Both the position numbers and the translations under genes were made by a program. A stretch of 64,000 nucleotides of DNA from NCBI GenBank assembly GCA_963693365.1, contig CAVNZM010000011.1, positions 6,591,921 to 6,655,920 of the forward strand, read 5' to 3'. The number at the start of each line of letters is the position of its first letter. The stretch's first letter is position 1. Below the pieces are notes generated by a model. That model was given only the letters and a program-made list of their open reading frames with translations, was not told the DNA's origin and did not search any database. This document shows, piece after piece, positions 55,300-64,000 of the stretch. The DNA is from Amoebidium appalachense (taxonomy: Eukaryota > Protista > Ichthyosporea).

Positions 55300-55483
55300 G
55301 TTGTGCTGAACTGAGACAAAACAGCCCTTTTCTACAAACGAGTCGGTGAGAGAAAGACACAACGCTCTTCCCTACTCCCTCCCCTCCTTACAAAACTGAC
55401 TTGCGGCCGCGGCGCGCAGGGCCGGGGCCGCTGCCACGCTTGCGCTGGGCGGCAGGGTAGTCTGCACAATAGGTGACGAAAGC

Positions 55484-55495
55484 GATGACGTCATC
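55484..55495. promoter_or_regulatory. Perfect CRE/ATF palindrome GATGACGTCATC in the divergent ATP synthase f / calcineurin B promoter
   Basis: The 12-bp palindrome lies in the ~735-bp head-to-head intergenic region, next to a GC-rich patch. Confidence 0.5.
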
Positions 55496-56034
55496 AGGCC
55501 AGCGTTTGTACAACCATTTGTACCAAATGATACCAAATAATCTATCTTTGCAGACTAAAGGTCAGGCCAACGATTTTAGGGAAATTCTATAAATATATCT
55601 CCTTTGGTGAAGATCAAGCTATATTTAGCTCAAGGGGTTTGGATTGTGGGCCAAGAAAGGTTTTTCCAAAAACCCCTCAAGCAGTTTGCAAATTAGAGAA
55701 AATGTAAGGTATAAAAGGTATGCGGTTACAGTTGAATCAAAACACTTGATCATAACTCCGCACTAATATTTTAAGTAGCAATGCTACAGGCACATTAAAG
55801 AGTTTTATAAATATTTTAGATTGGTATCATGCCCTGTATTTACTTGGGGTCTTGATAATCGGTAAATCGATCGCTCTCGAGGAATTCGACAAGATGACAG
55901 CGGAATAAAAAACGAAAAACATGAAAGACAGACGCTCGCTTTCTGTCAAGCGAACGTGTATGCCCTTTGTTTTCCTCTAGTAAGGAGAGAGAGTAATAGG
56001 TAGTTGGTCTGTTAGTATAAGTATAAACGTCAGA

Positions 56035-57799
56035 ATGGGCAACGCAGAATCCGCCATCGCCAAGGCACACGGCTTTGACATTGACCAGCTCCAAAAGGAT
56101 TCCCAATGTAAGCTCCTTGAACCTCGTTTAGTGGATGTTTGCTGTTACGAAATTGTCAGATTCTTTTGAACGCCTTCCTTTGTTTTTTTTGCTTTTCCTC
56201 GGTCAATCACTTCTTCACAACTCAGCTCACCAACAAAATAGCAGGGCAATTTGGCAAGGCTAGAAACCTACTCTTTTATCATGTGCTTTCAAGGGCATTG
56301 GGTGGAATTGAACTTGCAGGTGCACACACGCTCACTCACACACAAACACAATCACGCACGCACGCACGGACGCACGCGCGCACGCACGGAAGCACGCGCG
56401 CACGCACGCACGCGCGCGCGCGCACATACAAACACATACACACACACACACACATACAGACACACTTAAACACACGTACACTTAACACACATAGGCGCAT
56501 ACCGTGGCACACACTCCTGAGGGGAATTACACACGAACACAACCACACACTTCCACACTGTCAACTTGATATTGGGGCTCCGCATAATGCTTTACTGTGT
56601 GGTAAAAGTGGAAAAAAGGTTGGGGGGACAGGGGGAGGAGGGGGGGGGGGGGGGGGGGGGTGGTGACTGCGAAGTGAAGGGTACCTTTTCGAGGAAAGAA
56701 AAAGGAAGGGAGAGGGGAGTGGGCTGGGCGGGCACAACATGAGGAGCATACCCCAAGTATAAGACAACTCACCGCCGTACACATGCCTGTCTGGTGGCGC
56801 TTTTAAGTTTATCTGGCATCGCACAAAAGAGTGTAACACCAATGAAACTTTGCTGTAAACCCAGATACATTTTAGAGTGAGGCACTTGGCAGATGCTATT
56901 TGCAAGAAAAAGTGGTCTATGGTTCAAAAAGGGAGGTGTGGGCTGGGGACAAAGAGGGAGAAAGTGGGGTGGTGCTGCTGGTGTCACCGGAGGAAAGGAG
57001 GAGGTGGGGACGGGGGGGCGGCGAGTGGGGGAGGGGGGGAAGAGGGGGGGGGGGGGGGGGGGGGGGGGGCGGGGGATGGGGAGGGGTTTCCGGAATGAAG
57101 TAAGGGGAATACGGAAGGTTTGGCAGGCTGGAGCTTTGGGTGTTGGCCACCCCTTTTCTGCTTTTTGTCGTCTTTAGTTCCCCACTTTTTGATCTCCCTC
57201 TAAAATGGACCGTTCAACCTTGGACTAGTCACCATTCCAGAGCTTAGGAGGCTGAGGAAGAGATATGAAAAACTTGACGCGGACAAGAATGGTCGCATCT
57301 CAGCAGAGGAGTTTATGTAAGTAAGATATGTGCGTGTGTGGGGGGGGGGGGGGGGGGGAGAGGGGGGGGGGGATTGAATTAAGAGAGAGGGAGAGAAAGA
57401 TAGTAAGGGAGGAGGGGGGGGGGGGGGGGGAAGGGGGGAGGAGGGGGGGAGGGAGGGAGGGGATGAGCGAGGGTGGGGTGAGAAAGAGAAGTAGGGAGGA
57501 TGAGATGGAGCCTGCGTGCTCTCTTTCCCTGTCACAATAAATTACGCCGGCTTTTCCGTGTGTGTGTGCAGAATACATGTGAGGTGTGTGAGCTTGGTTT
57601 GGGGGGGGGTGGCGACGAGGAGGGAGGGGGAGCGTGGGGTGTGTTTGTGTGTGTGTTGGGGAGGGCGGGGCGGGGGGAGGGGAGGGGAGGCGGGTGGCAG
57701 GTATATGTTTACACGTAGGGGCGCTTGTGGGTGTGTGTGTGTGTGTGTCGGTGGGAAGTGGGGGGAAAAGAAAACGGGTACGGTTTTTTTTGTTTTGTT

Positions 57800-57831
<32 letters not shown>

Positions 57832-58556
57832 TGGAAGGGGGAACGGGGGGAAGGGTGAAGGATGCATTCGTATGTTTTCCTGCCTACAACTGCACGTATT
57901 AAAATATGGAGGAGAGGACGAGGAGGAGGGGGAAGGGCAAGGGGTGGTGCTGGGAGGCATAGAGAATGGGAGGGCGCTGGGGGGGGGGGGGGGGGGGGGG
58001 GAGGTAGAGAGAGAGGTATCTTGATTTTTTTTTTTTGGTGGGGGGGGGGGGGGGGGGGGGGGGAGGGATATGGAAGGAGGAGACAGTCTGCTTCTGTTTA
58101 CAGGTCACAGCCTGAGCTAGCCAACAACATGCTGGTGGAGAGGGGAGGAAGCGAGAGAGAGAGGAGGGGGGGATGGGGGGGGGGGGGGGGGGGGATAAAG
58201 AGATGGAGTGTGTCTGTGTGTGTGCCTGTGTATGTTTTTGTGTGTATCACAACATAATATATCGTTTAGAAAAACACTCTTTAGCATGTTCATTTTTCCC
58301 CCTTTTTTTGCATTTACAGGTCGCTTCCTGAGCTAGCAAACAACCCGCTTGTTGAGCGGATCATCGACACGATGGACCGGGACAAGAGCGGGGAGGTGGA
58401 CTTCCAGGAGTTTATCATGGCACTGTCGGTGTTTGTGCGCGGCACAAAGGAGGACAAGCTCAAATGTGAGTGCTTTTTGTTGGTGGTTTTTTTTTTTGTG
58501 TGTGCTGCGTGCGTGCGCGCGTGCGCGCGTGCGTGCGTGCGTGTGTGTGTGTTGGG

Positions 58557-58591
<35 letters not shown>

Positions 58592-58682
58592 TCCAGGAGT
58601 TTCTAATGGCACTGTCGGTGTTTGTGCGTGGTACAAAGGAGGACAAGCTAAAATGTACGTGTTTTTTTTTTGTTTTTGTTTT

Positions 58683-58727
<45 letters not shown>

Positions 58728-59041
58728 GCGTGCTTGTGTGTGTTTGTGTGTGTATGTCTGTGGGTGGGTGGGTGTTTTTCTTTTTCTTTCTTCTTCTTCT
58801 TCTTTTTTTTTGGGGGGGGGGGGGGGGGGGGGGAGGGGGGGGGGGGGGAGGGGGAGGGGGGAGGGGAAGAGAGAGGGGGGGGGGGGGGGGGGGGAGGGGA
58901 CTTCCAGGAGCTCATAATGGCTCTGCCTGTGTTTGTGCGTGGCACAAAGGAGGACAAGCTCAAATGTACGTGTTTGTTTTGTTGGGGGTTTTGTGTGTGT
59001 GTGTGTGTGTGTGTTTGTGTGTGTTGGGGGTGTGGGGAGGA

Positions 59042-59084
<43 letters not shown>

Positions 59085-59524
59085 ACTTCCAGGAGTTCGT
59101 CATGGCACTGTCTGTTTTTTTGAGTGGCACAAAGGAGGACGAGCTCAAATGTACGTCTCTTTTTTTTTTCCCCCCTGTTGTTGGGAGAGGGGGGGGGGGG
59201 GGGGGGGAGGAGACGGAAATTTGGACGAGGGCAGAGTGCCCCCCCCCCCCCCCCCCCCCCCTCCCCCCCTCCTAATCCCCCTGCCCCGTCCTCAGCTCCC
59301 GCCGCCCCCCCATGGTTCTTGGCCCTGAAAATGGGTTTTTGTCTCTGTTGTGTAATCTCTGGGGAGGTGTTTTGAATTTTTTTGAGGGGGGAGGGGTATA
59401 TGCATCACACTGTCGGATGTGAGGTTATTGAACATGGTGAACGGGGCGCTTACCCCCCCCCCTCTCCCCTCCCCTCCCCCTGAACGGCACGCTTTCACAA
59501 CCCTCCCCCTCCAAAACACACACA

Positions 59525-59586
<62 letters not shown>

Positions 59587-60651
59587 ACCATCACCACCCC
59601 CGCTATCCCCACCATCCCCACCTATATCCCCCCCCCCCCCCCCCCCCCCCCCCGCTTCCCCTCTCTGCCGCAGTTGCGTTCCGAATCTACGACATGGACC
59701 GGGATGGCTACATCTCAAACGGCGAGTTGTTCATGGTGGGTGTTCTCTCAAATCGCTCTTGCACACGCACACAGAAACACACATGCACACACACACACAC
59801 ACACAGACACACACAAACCCTCTCTGTCTTACCATCACAATGACTACCATCACCAAGAAAAAAGGTCACTTTCTTAACTGGGGCACATAAGGACACACGC
59901 ACCCACATGCACACACTCACGTGCGTTCATGCACACTTCATTTTCACATGGGTCAAGACATGCACACTCGCATTCTGCACCTATGCACACTGACATGTGC
60001 GCGCACGTACACACGTACAGATGCATGCAGACACACAAATGTGCGCATGAAATATGCACACACATGCACATGTATAGATACACACACAAGCGAACATGCA
60101 AATGTCACACACACGTACAGATGCATGCAGACACACAAATGTGCACATGAAATATGCACACACATGCACATGTATAGATACACACACAAGCGAACATGCA
60201 AATGTCACACACACGTACAGATGCATGCAGACACAAGTGCACATGAAATATGCACACACATGCGCTTCGTTTCTGCCAACAGGGTAGAAACGCACACAGC
60301 CATTCACACTTGCATGGACGATTGTACATTAACACCAACACGACAGGGGACACAAGCACACATGCGCGTGCGGTTGTGTGCTGGCGTGCAGGTGCTTGCT
60401 GTGGAAAGTTGCACGTAACAAAGCAAACAACCAGGCGCACACATGCGCATACACAAATGCATGTGCCTTGCAAACTGCGCACTCGCGCACGCGCGGGCAC
60501 ACGCACACATACACACACTCACCCGCAGACTTGGCACGTGCACAAGCACACACACACACACACCCTCTCTTCATGCTCGACCTGGTGGCAAAAGGTTTTC
60601 CTTTATACAATAGTCTCTCCCTTGATGTTTCCGCTCTCTCCCTCCCCCCCT

Positions 60652-60682
<31 letters not shown>

Positions 60683-60985
60683 CTCCCTCCCTCCCTCCCT
60701 CCCTCCCTCCCGCCCTCCCTCCCTCTCTCTCTCTCCCCCTCTCTCTCGCATTCTGTTTTCTCTCTGGTTGCACTCCTCGTTTCTTGTGTGAGCTATTTTT
60801 TTTCTTTTTTTTCTTTTCTTTTGCAAACCCTGCTGTGTTAGATATATGTATAGTGAATGTGCATATGTGCTTCGTACGGTGTAACCTTTTTCTACCCCCC
60901 CCCCCCCCCCCCCCTCCCCTCTCTTCCCCTCCCCCTCCCTGTTGGTCTGTCATGTATTTTACCCCCGGCCCCCCCCCCCCTCCCC

Positions 60986-61016
<31 letters not shown>

Positions 61017-61415
61017 ACACACAGACACACACACTTTAGTACTGTGTAATGTGCGCTACCGCGAGGCATAGGAAGCCCCGTGATGATGGGCATTGCTGAA
61101 GTGTCTTCTCCCTGCACTTTTTTAACTTGCTTCGTTTTATAGTTCGATTTCGGGTTTTTTATGTTTGTGGTGTTTTTTTGGGTTGTGTCCTTTGGTGTTT
61201 TCTGGATATTTCCAAAACACTACTCCATACATCACCACCTCCCCCTCTCCCCTAGTGCTTTGTAACGAACCGCCCCTCCCACCCACCCATCCCCCCCCCA
61301 TCGAGAATGCACATGCTCTTTCTGTGATTTGCACTCTGCATTATGTTGCTCGCTGTGAATGTGTACATCGTAGTCTATGGCTCATTCTTATGTCCCCATC
61401 ACTCGCATCCCCCCC

Positions 61416-61448
<33 letters not shown>

Positions 61449-61465
61449 AAAAAAAAAGAAAAGAA

Positions 61466-61504
<39 letters not shown>

Positions 61505-61555
61505 CACTTCTTACTCTGTAACCGTTCCAAACCCACGCAAATTCACTCCAAACCC

Positions 61556-61586
<31 letters not shown>

Positions 61587-61973
61587 AGGCACACACACAC
61601 GCACACACACACACACACACTCGGTTCTTTGTAGTTGTAACACACTCTACCCCCCCCCCCCCCCCCCAGGTGCTTAAGATGATGGTGGGGTCCAACCTCA
61701 AGGAGACACAGCTGCAGCAGATTGTGGACAAGACCATCATGTATGCGGACCAGGACGCAGACGGCAAGATATCCTTCGAGGAGTTCTGCCAGGTGCGTGT
61801 GTGGGTGTGTGGTGTTGGAGGGGGGGGGGGGGGGTCTTTTCTTTTTTTTTGGGGGGGGGGGGGGGGGAGTCGGTGAGTGGGTGTATGCAGACCAGGACGC
61901 AAACGGCAAGATATCCTTTCGAGGAGTTCTGCCAGGTGCATGTGTGGGTGGGTGTGTGTGTGTTGGTTGGGTT

Positions 61974-62027
<54 letters not shown>

Positions 62028-62326
62028 ATTGGGATGCAGACGGAAACATTTCTTGTGGAGGAGTTCTTTTTGGAGGCGTGTGCGTGGGTGGGTGGAAAGG
62101 GGGGGAAGGGGGAGGCGGGAGAGGGGGGGGTGCTTGTGTGTGTGTGTGGGGGGGGGGGGGGGGGGGGGGGAGGGGGGGGGAAGGAGGAGTAGGGAGGGGA
62201 GGACGGGGGCTGAATTTGGGGGGTGCTGGTAAGATGCAACATCTTTTAGTATGGGTGTGAGTGTCACGGTGATGGTGTGTGAGCGTGCGTAGGTGGGGGT
62301 GGGTGGGTGTGTGTTTTGGGGGGGAT

Positions 62327-62372
<46 letters not shown>

Positions 62373-62515
62373 TGGATGGATGTGGGTGTGGCTGGCATGC
62401 TAGCATGACCTCCACAACATAGGGTACGTGTAGGTGGGAAACAAGGAGAGGATTGTCTGTTTCTTTTCATTTCTCTGCCCGTCTGTGAACGTAGTGTAAG
62501 GGGAAATTCGCTCAG

Positions 62516-62546
<31 letters not shown>

Positions 62547-62792
62547 GGAGGGGGGGGGGGGGGGGGGATGAGGGAGGGAGGGGAGGGGGATTTGTGGATG
62601 GGGTTGAGGGGGCAGGGGGGGGGAGGACAGGGGGGGGGGGGGGGGCTGTGAAGATGACATGCAGGGAGTCTGGCTGCCAGGAGAATGTGTTGGTGTGTGT
62701 GTGCGCGCCCTGTGTGTGTGTGTGTGTGTGTGTGTACGACGCGTAGGTGTGCTTACGGGTGTGTTGTGTGTTTTTGTTTTTCTTTTCTTTTC

Positions 62793-62853
<61 letters not shown>

Positions 62854-63021
62854 GTGTATTTGTGGTGTATGTGTGTGGGTTGCGATTGGGGTTGGGGTTT
62901 TTGGGGGGGGGGGGGGGGGGAGGGGGGGGGAGGGGGGGGGGGGGGGAGACTTACACGATGTCCTGTTATGCAGGTAATTGCGACGCAAGAAGTGGAGCAG
63001 AAGATGACGGTGGAAATGTAA
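56035..63021 (+). CDS. CNB1: Calcineurin B regulatory subunit (4 EF-hands, N-myristoylation motif), 6 exons
   Basis: Exons are 56035-56107, 57229-57316, 58320-58465, 59674-59735, 61670-61792 and 62974-63021. The product reads MGNAES...[58 protein letters not shown]...[80 protein letters not shown]. All introns are GT-AG and phase-compatible. Confidence 0.96.
58588..59156 (+). repeat. Three intronic copies of the 3' ~67 bp of calcineurin B exon 3, each with a donor site
   Basis: Copies at 58588-58654, 58899-58965 and 59084-59150 each start after a G-tract and end AAAT|GTACGT. Confidence 0.92.
60011..60262. repeat. 100-bp tandem repeat (~2.5 units) in calcineurin B intron 4
   Basis: acacgtacagatgcatgcagacac... 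starts at 60011, 60111 and 60211. Confidence 0.9.
61060..61400 (+). repeat. Diverged copy of the intronic Penelope-like repeat
   Basis: gaggcataggaagccccgtgatgatgggcattgctgaagtgtcttctccctgcac matches 8406-8460. Confidence 0.75.
61881..62070 (+). repeat. Two intronic copies of the 3' end of calcineurin B exon 5
   Basis: gtatgcagaccaggacgcaaacggcaagatatcctttcgaggagttctgccag|gtgc occurs at 61883-61939, with a more decayed copy at ~62025-62070. Confidence 0.85.
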
Positions 63022-63589
63022 ACTGCCTTATATGGAAACATAAATGGTTGTCATACCATATATGGTCGTGTATTCCGGCAACGTATTGGTGGATGTTTGT
63101 AGATGGGTTCCTCAAGCTAGCCGGGCCCTATCTGAGTAGCGTTGTTTGATTGGATGGAAGCTATGTGGCTGGTGGGATATATTTAGCGGGTTGCGTGCAA
63201 AAGCTTGTACATACACTGAAAATGCGGAGCAAGGATTTAGTGTTTTTGTCTTTTCTCTTTTCTACTTTCCTTTACTTTACTACCCATGATTTGAATCTTT
63301 TGATCTCGGGGACTTTGGTTCACTCGTGCTGCAGAGTGCTGTGTGTGTATTCGATCTCTGTGTACTTATTTCTTTTTTTTCTTTTTTTTCTTTTTTTTTT
63401 TTCTATTAGCGGGTTTGTTATTTTCTACCTAATTTGTTTTGTTTTTTAGTGATATAGATTGAGTCGATGGGGTGACGTTCCTTGCACGTAGTTGCTAATG
63501 GCTGTGTTGATTCGTGATTATTGACTTGCTACAAACACAAATAAGAAATGAAGAAAGCTAGCCACTGGTAACCTTGATCTTGCCTGCCT

Positions 63590-63632
<43 letters not shown>

Positions 63633-63799
63633 CCACCACCACCACCACCGAATCACCACCATCACCACCCACCACCACACACACACACACGCAAACACAC
63701 ACACACACCACACGCACACCCACCCACCCAGGAAGGAAACAGGGGGGGGGGGGGGGGGGGGGGGGGAGGACTCGAGCTCTTAAAGTTTCTGTGTGTGTT

Positions 63800-63838
<39 letters not shown>

Positions 63839-63899
63839 TTGTGTGCTGGGGCAAGAGCTCGAAGAAAATAAGAAGCCTGCGCGCCGGGGGGAGGGGGGG

Positions 63900-63960
<61 letters not shown>

Positions 63961-64000
63961 TTCAGAGTTGTCTTGAAACAGTCACAGTATTCGTACTGCA

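Noticed and set aside
58588-59150. Calcineurin B echoes as mutually exclusive exons
   Set aside because: They cover only the 3' part of the exon and are preceded by G-runs rather than acceptors. The internal CAG|GAG is out of phase with both upstream donors.

Overview
This is eukaryotic genomic DNA, probably from a unicellular opisthokont; that placement is inferred from the gene sequences only. Genes are intron-rich, and the introns are packed with poly-G/poly-C, (GT)n/(CA)n and (GA)n/(CT)n tracts, so most ORFs in the supplied track are repeat artefacts. I assembled these genes by hand from splice sites and protein motifs: a 9-exon Ca2+/calmodulin-dependent kinase (+), three intronless BTB-domain paralogues (one intact, one frameshifted, one inverted fragment), COX14 (-), a 19-exon Trl1-type trifunctional tRNA ligase (ligase, kinase and 2H phosphodiesterase) ending in a ~1,180-aa disordered tail (-), two hypothetical genes, ATP synthase subunit f (-) and calcineurin B (+). 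Three patterns stand out. (1) A Penelope-like repeat family with a conserved GTCGAAAC...CCCTGA(T/G)GATGGGCTCTG motif lies in introns, and every clear copy is in the host gene's sense orientation. (2) Many exon edges are 'echoed' as serial partial duplicates, splice site included, in adjacent introns. (3) Several introns carry (GT)n/G-tracts at the 5' end and complementary (CA)n/C-tracts at the 3' end. Several 1-nt frameshifts in short homopolymers are most likely assembly errors.
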